A stretch of 63,509 bases of DNA, counting the filler, from Octopus bimaculoides (taxonomy: Eukaryota), in the NCBI RefSeq assembly GCF_001194135.2. It is 8 parts of 6 records of this genome, joined end to end, with 100 filler letters (N's around TTAATTAATTAA, not from the genome) between each part and the next. Parts side by side here need not be neighbours in the genome. Positions count along the whole stretch, not along the records: positions 13,585 to 26,753 come from NC_069005.1; positions 26,854 to 33,081 come from NW_026361494.1; positions 33,182 to 43,427 come from NC_068985.1; 5 more parts are not named here. The stretch is one strand, 5' to 3'. Made by a program: the position numbers and the translations under genes. Positions 25,057-37,470 of this stretch are shown in pieces. The notes beneath the pieces were generated by a model that worked only from the letters and a program-made list of their open reading frames with translations, did no database searches and was not told where the DNA came from. Position 1 is the first letter of the stretch. Each line of letters opens with the position of its first letter.

Positions 25057-26674
25057 TTGCCAATCATGTCCGTGAATTCTTCTGTTTCAATTGAACTTGA
25101 GACATCACTTAGAAAACCATCCTCTTCCTCATCCTGGGGTGTTTCTCTTAAAGATGACAGTAATTGTTCAGGTTCCGCAAGTAGACTTAGCTGATGTCTG
25201 TCATATATAGATTCTATGCAGTCATCAAAAGAATATGGATATTCTGCCATAGGTAAGCTGCCGATACAAGGATAAGGAAGAATACCATTATTATTATTAT
25301 TGATGAATGTATCGCTCAGTTCAGCACTGGACGATGATGTTGCGCCCGAAGCCCCTCTAGGTGACATCTCTCCAGGAGCCATACGATTCTGATCGTTGTC
25401 TCTATTTTCTACAGAAGGGGAAGCTATGAAAGACACCATTGAATATGGTACCATAAAATTTCCATGAAAATTTCCATTATTCCAATTGTTTTCTTCCGAA
25501 TAATCGTCAGTATCTGTTTCGCTAGATATTTCATTTGCATCTGTATTCCATTCGCTTCCAGTCGCTCCATCTTCTCCGGAAACGAGAGGTCTTCGAATAT
25601 ACACATATGGTGACAGTATATCAAACCTCGAATTTTCTCCGTTTCCAAATGATGAATATAAGGAAGCATTATGTAAACCACAAGAAGCCCCAATACTTTC
25701 TCTATTGTAGGATGCATCAATAGATCCTAACATGGCTATCTTTGTATAATTTCCCTGGTTATCACCTAGTCGGACGTTGGCTGAATTTACTGCCTGGTTT
25801 TGTTCACTGTTATCTGTTCTATTATTAAACCTAGCTGGCTGTCCACTGTTTCTTAATGCTGCGTTTATTTCCAAAGCCTTGGTAAAAACCACCAATCTTT
25901 CCTGTGTAATTCCCTGGTCTCTTTCTAATCTCCATATGTCTTTTTCGACTTCATTGTGAGCATAGACACATGAGTCCGTCTGGCAGGATGAACTTGATTC
26001 GCAAAGTAGGTAAGCAGTATTTTTCCGCAGGTCGAACGGTTTCCTAATTATGAACTCTCCCGATTGTGTAACACACCGTAAGACCTTCGACGTTTCCCAA
26101 CAATGAGGAATTGAACAGTTGCAATGATTAGGATCATCGGAACTTTCGTTGGATATTTCGTTTTTTTGTAAACAACTTTTGCAGATAAATTCAAACCCGT
26201 GTCCATATGTAGACATGATATAGTTTACATCACAACTTGTTGTTCTCTGAAATTTGATGAAATCCCGAACGTTGAAGTTGCCTTGGAATTCTTGCTGCCA
26301 AAGTTTCATCTCTAGTAGGTTGTGAGCAAATATACATCTTTCTTCCATGATGTGTTCAACGGCAGGTATTCTGCAAAGTTCTGGTATTTTGAAAGAGCCG
26401 TCTTCTGTAATAGATTCACGTACACGATTCCAGAATGAGGTACCTCTCTCAACATACACCAGAATATTACGTTCACATCTGTGTATCTCGAAAGAAATAT
26501 TGATCGCCATAGGGAAACATAATTGACAAAATAATGCATATGCATGTGTATCCATTAAAGGGTGATAATCACCGTAGTTTGAATTATTGTGGTCAGTTCG
26601 ACTGGTCTCGTTGCACGAAATTGAGTTACTATACAAATATCCCAGTGCTTCGCTGTAATTTGGATTCCAAGTCA
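25057..26674 (-). CDS. Large coding exon (1618 nt) of a ZC3H7/HELZ2-N-terminus-like tandem zinc-finger protein with an acidic disordered C-terminus
   Basis: The 547-aa open frame has two modules of the form CxxC...H/C...W/I-R...C...C-x-[FY]-A-H...E...W..E. The acceptor tttccttttattttcag is at 26675 and the donor GTAAGT at 25056. The upstream exon(s) lie beyond the scaffold end. Confidence 0.8.
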
Positions 26675-26853
26675 CTGAAAATAAAAGGAAACGCACGTCC
26701 GTTATAACATAACAATAGCATGGTGGCGAGAGGAGGGGAGGGTGAAGAGGGGGNNNNNNNNNNNNNNNNNNNNNNNNNNNNNNNNNNNNNNNNNNNNTTA
26801 ATTAATTAANNNNNNNNNNNNNNNNNNNNNNNNNNNNNNNNNNNNNNNNNNNN

Positions 26854-27530
26854 ATGTAATTTGTTCTTAATGCTTGCTCTTGGGCAGCACAGATTAGAGC
26901 CTCAATTTCTAGTTTCAAATCACTTTTAGTCATCTATAGCCATCTTTTTTCTCTGTGTCTCTTATCTTCAACATCCCTGTGAAATTGTCCATGCATTCTT
27001 TACTTTGCCCACGTATTTTCAGTTTCATTCATTCTCAAGTGCTTGTACAGTGCTTTATCTTTGNNNNNNNNNNNNNNNNNNNNNNCTGACCTTCTTACTT
27101 CCAATAATAGTGGTTCTGTGGCATTTTTTTACATAGCATGCTATGTTGTTTTCTCCTGCTCTAATGCTGAGTTCACATCCAATCAGTCCTCTTCCCCTAC
27201 TTTTTCTGTCTGTAATTTTTGGGTGGAATATCCAATATCTAGTCAGTAACTTCCTTATCTTTCTGTCTAAGCTGTTTAGTTTGTCTACTGTCCATGCAAT
27301 TACTCTTGCTCCATATCTAAGGAGTGAAACCGTCCCTTCTGATTTTTGCTTATTGCTGTAGCTTGATCACATAATCTTTGTTCCGTGATTTGAAACAATC
27401 CTCTTTCTCTCCATTGATCGTACATACATTGTCGGTGTCCCCTAAGATGAACACCATTTTCATCTACGGGGTTACTCAGGTAGTAACACTGAATGACCTC
27501 AGCATTGACTTGTTTGTTCCATCTTATTAT
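26854..27530 (-). mobile_element. R4/Dong/HERO-type (RLE-bearing) non-LTR retrotransposon remnant, internally deleted
   Basis: Fragments are RWNKQVNAEVIQCYYLSNP...TEQRLCDQA (N-terminal), LRYGARVIAWTVDKLNSLDRKIRKLL...RGRGL, and MHGQF...LICAAQEQALRTNY. Confidence 0.8.
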
Positions 27531-28512
27531 TNNNNNNNNNNNNNNNNNNNNNNNNNNNNNNNNNNNNNNNNNNNNNNNNNNNNNNNNNNNNNNNNNNNNN
27601 NNNNNNNNNNNNNNNNNNNNNNNNNNNNNNNNNNNNNNNNNNNNNNNNNNNNNNNNNNNNNNNNNNNNNNATTATTATTATTATTATTGAGTGAGAGAGC
27701 AGTTCATGCCATCAAAGTGATTCTGGGGTATAAATATACGAAGCCCAGTATACCCATCGTGACTACCCGTCTGATAAGGGNNNNNNNNNNNNNNNNNNNN
27801 NNNNNNNNNNNNNNNNNNNNNNNNNNNNNNNNNNNNNNNNNNNNNNNNNNNNNNNNNNNNNNNNNNNNNNNNNNNNNNNNNNNNNNNNNNNNNNNNNNNN
27901 NNNNNNNNNNNNNNNNNNNNNNNNNNNNNNNNNNNNNNNNNNNNNNNNNNNNNNNNNNNNNNNNNNNNNNNNNNNNNNNNNNNNNNNTCAAAAGGTCCCT
28001 GAATAAGGGTTATTTAAGGATGTTGATCAAAACACCTATGTTTCCAGAGGTGTATTAGCCAAACTCCAAAGAATTCCTCTCAACACATGGCTATGATATT
28101 CCCCCACTACTTCTGNNNNNNNNNNCTCAACACATGGCTATGATATTCCCCCACTACTTCTGCTCATGATCAGAGTTGCACATATCATCAGCCACTAAGG
28201 GACATGCTCTTTTGGTTAAGGTCAAACAACTGACAAGCAAATCTGTGGTATTAAGCAGAACANNNNNNNNNNNNNNNNNNNNNNNNNNNNNNNNNNNNNN
28301 NNNNNNNNNNNNNNNNNNNNNNNNNNNNNNNNNNNNNNNNNNNNNNNNNNNNNNNNNNNNNNNNNNNNNNNNNNNNNNNNNNNNNNNNNNNNNNNNNNNN
28401 NNNNNNNNNNNNNNNNNNNNNNNNNNNNNNNNNNNNNNNNNNCTCATCGTCATTGTCGTCGTTGTAATTATCATCATCATCATCATCATCATTATTATCC
28501 CTTCTTTTGTAG

Positions 28513-28564
28513 GGTTTATACGATCACTTGCTGATCTATTATCTGTGGCCTAGGAGAAGAGATG
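28513..28564 (+). CDS. Candidate isolated coding exon (52 nt); open frame GLYDHLLIYYLWPRRRD, unknown protein
   Basis: Acceptor cccttcttttgtag and donor G|GTAAGT. Only one of the three frames is open. It sits in a CpG-depleted scaffold. Confidence 0.45.
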
Positions 28565-29276
28565 GTAAGTGAGCGAGTATCTGCTTTCAACTTCCTGCTT
28601 AGGCATGCCATTAAAGCATATTATTGACCAGAAATAAAACTGGGCTTTATACATGTATTATGGTGCTGAATATATACAAAGTGTAGAGGTTTTATAAAGC
28701 CTATCTAAAATTAGTAGGAAAAACCTGCTTTTAAGGTATGTTGTATTAAATTTACAGTTCAACTGAGTAGGCTTTTTATAGTATATGTACAATGCTGATC
28801 AATAGGCACCGGAGTGGCTGTGTGGTAAGTAGCTTGCTTACCAACCACATGNNNNNNNNNNTAGCTTGCTTACCAACCACATGGTCCCGGGTTCAGTTCC
28901 ACTGCATGGCACCTTGGGCAACTGTCTTCTACTATAGCCACGGGCCGACCAAAGCCTTGTGAGTGGATNNNNNNNNNNNNNNNNNNNNNNNNNNNNNNNN
29001 NNNNNNNNNNNNNNNNNNNNNNNNNNNNNNNNNNNNNNNNNNNNNNNNNNNNNNNNNNNNNNNNNNNNNNNNNNNNNNNNNNNNNNNNNNNNNNNNNNNN
29101 NNNNNNNNNNNNNNNNNNNNNNNNNNNNNNNNNNNNNNNNNNNNNNNNNNNNNNNNNNNNNNNNNNNNNNNNNNNNNNNNNNNNNNNNNNNNNNNNNNNN
29201 NNNNNNNNNNNNNNNNNNNNNNNNNAGGCGGTGCTCCAGCATGGCTGCAATCAAATGACTGAAACAATTAAAAGAG

Positions 29277-29430
29277 TAATACTATTTTTTGAATTTTCTG
29301 AAGAGATGATTTACCTGGGATATTACTAAGATATTTCTCACAGCCTTTTCTTGCCATATCTATTGCCTCTATGATAAGTGGGACTGTTTCCATTTTCCAA
29401 GGCCATATGTTTTCAATCTCTATTGAAGGC
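29277..29430 (-). mobile_element. RLE-clade non-LTR C-terminal fragment
   Basis: It reads IEIENIWPWKMETVPLIIEAIDMARKGCEKYLSNIPGKSSLQKIQKIVL. Confidence 0.7.
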
Positions 29431-29813
29431 CTCTCTCAAAACACTGAACCTTACAAAGTGGGTGACAAAGGACTAAGATATGTGGTGTGTTGCTGTACTC
29501 AAGAAGACCTGCCCACCACAACAGAATCAAGATCCTTAAAATAAGGTGCCACATGCAATGGATTGGTGTAGGTGCTTCTGACATGTTAAAAACACTGGTG
29601 ATGGTACCACATAAGAAGACTCTGCAAAATAGTTGGCATTAGAAAGGGTATCCAGCCATAGAAACTAAGCCAAAACAGACTATGGAACCTGGTGTTCCAT
29701 AGTCGCAGTTCCTGTCAAGCCATCCAAGCCAAGCTAACATGGAAAACAGACATTAAATGATGATGATGATGATGATGATGATGATNNNNNNNNNNATGGA
29801 AAACAGACATTAA

Positions 29814-29845
<32 letters not shown>

Positions 29846-30714
29846 CTCCATACTTTTGTATTTGCTTAGTTTTACCAGTTCATTACTGATATCTTCTTAT
29901 CTAACAGACTACTTAAACCAATTAACTTGCAAGTTTTTAATTAATTAACACATTTTTATCTTTCCTGTCCTCGATGATGACATTTGCTTGAATTATCTGG
30001 TTTTTTTATCAACTGAGAAATGCCAAAATATTGCTATCTCATAATCCAATTCTGGCTTTGGGTGGTGTTCATACCAGTCGAGGGCCATTTAGGTTTTGTA
30101 ATGGTTGCATGACTTCCAGTGCCGATGTTGGCTTACTCTGTTCATGGCAGTTCTTATTTTCCTTTGGTGTCAGTCTCAGACTGANNNNNNNNNNCTCTGT
30201 TCATGGCAGTTCTTATTTTCCTTTGGTGTCAGTCTCAGACTGATGACTCTACTGTTTCAGCATTTGGCTTCACATTTTGGCACAAGTTGATTACATTGCC
30301 CCCAGTGCTCAACTGGTATTTATTTTATCGACCCTGAAAGGATGAAAGGNNNNNNNNNNACTGGTATTTATTTTATCGACCCTGAAAGGATGAAAGGCAA
30401 AGTCAACCTGAGTGGAATTTGAACTTAGAACATAAAGATAGAAGAAATGCCACTAAACATTTTGCCTGACATGCTAATAATTCTTTTCTATTCTACACAC
30501 AAGACCCGATATTTTGGGGTAGTCAATTAAATTGACTCCACCATGCAACTGGTACTTAATTTATCAACCCCGAAAGGATGAAAGGCAAAGTNNNNNNNNN
30601 NTCAACCTCAGCAGAATTTGAACTCAGAACATAAAGACAGATGAAATACTGTTAGGCTTTCACCTGGCATGCTAACGTTTCTGCCAACTCACCAGCTTGG
30701 AGTCAGACTAATAT

Positions 30715-31800
30715 CCTTTTCTTGAGAGAAAAGTTGGACCTAAGAAGCATCAATTGTAGTGTGCAAGAGAGACGATTGCGCTGGTANNNNNNNNNNNNNN
30801 NNNNNNNNNNNNNNNNNNNNNNNNNNNNNNNNNNNNNNNNNNNNNNNNNNNNNNNNNNNNNNNNNNNNNNNNNNNNNNNNAAGAGGTAGACCCAGGAAGA
30901 CCTGGGAGGAGGTGGTGAAGCACAACCTTCAAACATTAGGCCTCACCGAAGCAATGACTAGTGACCAAGACCTTTAGAAATATGCTGTGCATGAGAAGAC
31001 CCAGCAAGACAAGTGAAACCATAACCCGTGGCCTTTACCAGGGGTGTAGCCAGNNNNNNNNNNNNNNNNNNNNNNNNNNNNNNNNNNNNNNNNNNNNNNN
31101 NNNNNNNNNNNNNNNNNNNNNNNNNNNNNNNNNNNNNNNNNNNNNNNNNNNNNNNNNNNNNNNNNNNNNNNNNCCCATGCCAACTTCTCCTTCATTGGAC
31201 ACTAAACTCTGCTTGCGAAGACCCATTGGGGCAAGTGAAATCGAAATTGAACCAAATTCGATGACTGGCACCCATNNNNNNNNNNNNNNNNNNNNNNNNN
31301 NNNNNNATGATCATTGCCAGAGCAGCTGTCTGGCTTCCGTGCCGGTGGCACATAAACAACACCATTTGAGCATGAGCGTTACCAGCATCACCTTACTGGC
31401 ACTTGTGCCGGTGGCATGTGAACAAANNNNNNNNNNAGCATCACCTTACTGGCACTTGTGCCGGTGGCATGTGAACAAAACATTCGCGTGAGGTCACTAC
31501 CAGTGCCGCTGGACTGACTCCTGTGCAGGTGGCATATAAAAAACATCATTTGAGNNNNNNNNNNNNNNNNNNNNNNNNNNNNNNNNNNNNNNNNNNNNNN
31601 NNNNNNNNNNNNNNNNNNNNNNNNNNNNNNNNNNNNNNNNNNNNNNNNNNNNNNNNNNNNNNNNNNNNNNNNNNNNNNNNNNNNNNNNNNNNNNNNNNNN
31701 NNNNNNNNNNNNNNNNNNNNNNNNNNNNNCAGTCAAATCGTCCAACCCATGCCAGCATGGAAAGCAGACGTTAAACGATCATGATGATGATGATGATGAT
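30715..31800 (+). mobile_element. RTE LINE 3' end: ORF terminus plus a long 3' UTR ending in (GAT)n
   Basis: It reads QERRLRW...RGRPRKTWEEVVKHNLQTLGLTEAMTSDQDL. The UTR holds GTGCCGGTGGCAC repeats and ends CCATGCCAGCATGGAAAGCAGACGTTAAACGATCATGATGAT. Confidence 0.85.
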
Positions 31801-32559
31801 GTGTGTGTGTTTTGTCTGTATATTTCCATAGCTTTTGCTATGCTTAGTGCAATAAGTGTGTTGTTGATGTTGTAGTTGTTTAGTCCCAGATCAACTCTCA
31901 TGAAGCAGATCTTATTATCAAGAACATACCTGGTGTTAATTATCTCCCTCACCCCACCACCTGCACAGCACATTAAGGACCATATTATATGATGTGCCTT
32001 TTCTTGAAATGGCAGAGGGTAATTTAAAGGATATTCAGCCGTTGTTAGCTCTGATCAAGCAGGCTTATATGATCAAAGATATTACACCTGGGATCATCTT
32101 ATCTTTTAAAATTTATCTTAGAATACATTATTCCATGTTTTCTTTCCTTTTTAAAAATGTTAGGGTGTGATTTGAGAGAGATTTGGCTACTAATTCAAGC
32201 AGGTCAAGTAATCATATACAAGCTTCCTCATTGACTCAAGTGTGGTAACTGATATGTACTTGGCAGCCAATGAGAAATCCTCCTCGCTAAATATTGCTGC
32301 CAAATCTCCCTCACATTGCAGCCTGCTAACTTGAAGAAGTGATACATTGAATAATGCAGCCCCAAATTCAATAAGAACAAAATTCCCTTCTCACCAAGAA
32401 AAAGAAAAGCAATAAAAATAGAAAGGAATGACTACAAATGGAATACCTTCCATCATAGGTTTACTTGATCNNNNNNNNNNAAAGGAATGACTACAAATGG
32501 AATACCTTCCATCATAGGTTTACTTGATCTAGGTTAAACTGGTACTAACCATTTGTAAA

Positions 32560-32800
32560 TTATTTGAATCTGTATTTATTGAGATTTTGGTCACATATTT
32601 ATCTGTTGTTTTTCCTGATCATGCCTTATGCACCAATTATTATGTAGGATTATTTCTGCTTTCAATCTTCCACATTTTTGATATCTTTATATTTCATTAA
32701 TTTCCTCTCCAGTTCTTCTCGAGATATGTTACTGTCAACTGGGATTTTTATATATCGATCAAGAGAAAGATGATCTTAGATATTTGATGATAATATCCAC
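32560..32800 (-). mobile_element. Degenerate restriction-like endonuclease domain of an R4/Dong-type LINE
   Basis: Broken frames give LIDI.IPVDSNISREELE.K..KYKD...ISKMWK...IIIGA.GMI. Confidence 0.55.
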
Positions 32801-33313
32801 GCAATCTGCCTCAGTTTTTTCACAAACATTTAACATTTTCGCCACTTGGTTGCCATATTTTTAGAAATGATATATTATCATTTTAGATTTTGTTTTTACA
32901 ACACATCATCAGTCCAGTCTTTCTCATTTTAAGTAGTTGCAGCATTCTATAAATATTCTCATTTCTTCAATATCTTTGTAAGAAAATATTTTAAGAGTTT
33001 TCAGGAAAATAAAATTAATATGCCAAAATTTAATAGCTGAATTTGTATTAAAGAAATGAAAGAAATTAAACAGAGTTACAANNNNNNNNNNNNNNNNNNN
33101 NNNNNNNNNNNNNNNNNNNNNNNNNTTAATTAATTAANNNNNNNNNNNNNNNNNNNNNNNNNNNNNNNNNNNNNNNNNNNNTTATATTATTTGATAATCA
33201 CATATACCGTACCAGATGAAATACATTTATTTGTTGACGTTAACATTGCGATACAATATATGTATATATCTGTGTGCATGTGTCGTTATTTGTGAGCGTC
33301 GACAGCAAGCGGG

Positions 33314-33351
<38 letters not shown>

Positions 33352-34186
33352 TCGATGCATAGATATAGTTAGAGATATATCATTATGCACACACATAATT
33401 ATACCCACATACACTCACGTATATTCTATTCAATGACACACAGACACACTAAGAGAGGGAGAAACAAAAGTAAACGAAAGTAAGGGGCACCGTGTGAGAG
33501 TAAGTGAGTGTGGAAGAAATACGGGGTGTATGGGTGAATGAGATTAATGGGACATATGTAAAGGTAAATAAATACGGGGAAAGTGGATAATATAATAAAA
33601 AGAGAATGTCATTTGAATGTGGAATATGGGCGAATAATGTAGCCAAACGAATAGAAATCACCGTCATATAAATGTTAATAAAACAAACTCATAGCTTTAT
33701 GTGGTGAATGTTGTTATATCTGTATTGTCTAACTTTTATCATAATGCAACTTACTTTCGTACATACTGAATCACAGGAATAGGAAGTAAGTGCTATAAAA
33801 TGTTAAAACCTAAAAGAAAACCACGTTATATAGCAGCAAATCATGTGTTAACGTTTGATATGATCCTACATGTATTCTATTGTGAATAGTTTTGACATCC
33901 TTAGCAAATTCACCAGATGGAAATGTTATTATTATGTGTTGCAAATTCCCATTCAATTCTGGTCACGACCTGATAAAGAGATATAGAACAACAAGATGTA
34001 CGTTGGATACGTTGATCACGAAACGTTAAAATCGATTGTAAGCTAAGACACACACACACACACAACCATATGCACACACAGGCACAACATCGTATATATT
34101 ATTAAATATTCACACATTTGCGCAAGTACCGATACATACACATACACACATACAGACATACATATATATACGTTCATACATTCATA

Positions 34187-34223
<37 letters not shown>

Positions 34224-34513
34224 NNNNNNNNNNNNNNNNNNNNNNNNNNNNNNNNNNNNNNNNNNNNNNNNNNNNNNNNNNNNNNNNNNNNNNNNNNNNN
34301 NNNNNNNNNNNNNNNNNNNNNNNNNNNNNNNNNNNNNNNNNNNNNNNNNNNNNNNNNNNNNNNNNNNNNNNNNNNNNNNNNNNNNNNNNNNNNNNNNNNN
34401 NNNNNNNNNNNNNNNNNNNNNNNNNNNNNNNNNNNNNNNNNNNNNNNNNNNNNNNNNNNNNNNNNNNNNNNNNNNNNNNNNNNNNNNNNNNNNNNNNNNN
34501 NNNNNNNNNNNNN

Positions 34514-34570
<57 letters not shown>

Positions 34571-35954
34571 CTGTGTGTGTGTATTTATATGTATATGTAT
34601 ATACGTGCACGTACACTGATACATATATACCTATATAGATAATCATATCCATAGGTATATGTTAATATATGCCTCGTTTGTTGTTGTAGAGATATACGCG
34701 AGTGAATATAATTGTGAGTGCGTTTCTACGCAGTTAACAATTACACATGAATATTTCATTCGTACATTTAACTCGTCTCTGCAAAGCTTATACATCCGAA
34801 TGAAATATTACCCGCATGCACACAGTCACACACGTTTGAATTTGTACATTTTGTATTTACTATTTTCTTTATAATTATTTTATTCTTTATTCTTTAGTTT
34901 TTTATTTTTAATTAATTTTATATATATTCAATGTTCAGACCAGAGGATGTTCGAATCTGACTTGTTTCAATATTAATTAATTCGTCTACCAACAACGATT
35001 TTCGATTATTGATCTCTGCGTAAGTTTTAATGCCTGTAAAACCTCATTACACGTGCGATACACCTGAGATAAATACTAATCGAGATCTTGAAAATATTTC
35101 GTTGGAACCGATTTTATATATTTTCATTCGAAAGGCATTAAATTCCACCTGACTGTCAATACATTAGCTTGGGGTATAACAGAGTTACGCATTACTCTCC
35201 ACTTCTTCCAGGATTCCATTGACTCACAGTGAAACAGCCTTTCAGATGGTACAGGTATGGCTCAAATCACTGAATATCGTAACTTGGCAAAAGCAGAGAG
35301 GAGTAGATGGAGAGATGGCACCACTCAACATGCGTCAAACAGTGTCACTGATGTGTGAACAAGATCTTATGTCACGAACAAATGTCTCTAAGGATGAAAG
35401 AAATTCAGTACCTGAAGTGTAAGTCTGGGAGAGCAGCAGACAAGCAGAATGGAAAAATTGGTTGGTACAGTTACGGATGTGAGGTTAGTAGTTTGCTTGC
35501 CAGGTGCATGTTCTCATGTCGATTCTTACTGCGTGGTTCCTTATGCAAACGTCTTTTATTATAGCCACGAGCAGACGAGAACCTTCTGAACGGATTTGGT
35601 AACCAGAAACTGAAAAATGAATTGTCGTATATCTGTGTGTGTGTCAGTGTGTGGGGTGTTATGGGGGTACGGGGGTGTTGCGTATGTCCGTCTTTATATC
35701 TGTGATTGTTGTCCGCTATTGCTTTTCAACCGTTCAGCAGTCCAGCATAAGGTGCCTACAAAATAAATATCAGGCTTTGTTGTCGATTTGTTCGGTTAAT
35801 AGTTCTGGATGGCGGTGAATAAGCATGGCCGCAGTTTAATTCGTAAAATGACTAAAATGAAAAGAAAAAAATGAATAATACAATATAGAGTAAGGTAAGA
35901 GAATAAGCCCCTGTACTTCGCCATGATAGAACAAAACCTATATGTTGAAACGGA

Positions 35955-36250
35955 GACACCTGGCCTATTGGTTAGAGTAGCGAATTTGCGGTTGAGGGAT
36001 TGCATGTTCGTATCTAAGACCAGACGATGTGTGTTTTTATGAGTGAAGCACCTAAATTTCATGCCACCCTGGCAGAAGGTAACAGCTAACTTCTGCTGTC
36101 ACTTTCGCGACGACTTTATCTAATTCTTTCCTCCTGCATCTCCTGCGACGGACGGGCGTCCCATCCAGGGGTGGGGGTACATGTACATCAATGAAACCGG
36201 GAAACCGGCCTTATGAACTAAGTATAGATCGAGAAAGAACAAACAACAAC
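35955..36250 (+). mobile_element. tRNA-derived SINE with a V-domain-like core
   Basis: A tRNA-like head is followed by CCTGCGACGGACGGGCGTCCCATCCAGGGG...GAAACCGGGAAACCGGCC, resembling the V-SINE central domain as recalled (not searched), then a (CAA)n-like tail. Confidence 0.55.
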
Positions 36251-37109
36251 ACAATTAGATGTGAGTTCCTATAGGACGTTTCATATTTAAGGTAAATGAG
36301 TCGGAGTTTTACAGTGAATGCGACAAATGTTAAAAGCAACTTAATGGTTCCTAGCCTTTCCTTTTGTACACATAGATATACTCAGAGTTTCTCGTTCCCG
36401 TTCGTCAAAAACAAACGATATACTGCGTGCCAACACTTCTGCCGCTTCAACATAACACAATATCATTATATACTCTAGGTACAAAGCCCAAAATATTCGG
36501 GAAGGGGCCAATGGATTATACCGACCCCTGTACGCAAATGGTACTTAATTTATCGACACCGAAACGGATGAACGGCAATATCAACCTCGGCGGAATTTGA
36601 ACTCAGGACGTAAAGGCGGAGGAAATGCCACTAAGCATTTCGCCCGGCGTGCAAACGATTCCTCCGCTTTTACATGAAATTATATTGCATCAACAATTAT
36701 AGACAGATCATTTTTATAACATTTGAGAGCGTTTGTTTCTAAACAAGCATTGCATATTGGGTGAAGCTGCTGCCGCATGATTCGTGCGAAAATATCAGGA
36801 AACCATACAACGTGATTTTTTTCCACGCTGATTTCCATCCACCATTGCAACTTAAATAATTATGGTATTAATTTTACATAAGTCAGTTTGTAGTGAACAC
36901 TTCTAATTCTACTTACATTTTGATCGATATACTGGCATTCATACATCTGTATACACGTAAACCTATATACACAAATATTTATGCAAATGTATACATGAGT
37001 GAATGTGTATACATTCGTATATATGCATATATGTAGAGACACACACACGCATATCGATATATACTTATACGTAAATGTATATGTATATATATATATATAT
37101 ATACGTTGA

Positions 37110-37470
37110 TTTCATTACGACGACGAGGGTTCGAGTCAATCCGATCAACGGATTACCCTGCTCGTGAAATTAACGTGCAAGTGGCTGACCACTCCACAGT
37201 CACGTGTACACTTAACGTAGTTCTTGGAGAGATTCAGCGTGAAACAGAGTGTGACAGGGCTGGCCCTTAGAAATACAGGTAAAACAGAAATAGGAAGAAA
37301 GAGTGAGAGAAAGATGTGGTGAAAGAGTACAGCAGGGTTCGCCACCATTACGCCCTGCCAGAGCGTCGTGAAGCTGTAGGTGTTTTCGCTCAATAAACAC
37401 TCACAAATTGGTACCGCGATCGTCGACCGTGAATCCGCTGGCCAAACCACTTGGCCATTGCGCCTTCACT
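37110..37470 (-). mobile_element. Family C SINE copy
   Basis: It is the reverse complement of 2250-2642. The two predicted ORFs share MMANPAVLFHH. Confidence 0.8.

Noticed and set aside
31310-31555. CRISPR-like repeat/spacer pattern
   Set aside because: The context is eukaryotic with no cas genes, repeats and spacings are irregular, and the array lies in an RTE 3' UTR.
33755-33970. Minus-strand splice-like signals (acceptors near 33970 and 33793, donor at 33754) and a signal-peptide-like stretch at about 41860-41920
   Set aside because: The phases do not join into a consistent open frame. It could be UTR or lncRNA, but that is unsupported.
35212-35254. Candidate 43-nt exon with good splice sites (IPLTHSETAFQMVQ)
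   Set aside because: It overlaps what looks like a degraded RTE C-terminal remnant (RWY...RG...RW-like), and there are no partner exons.
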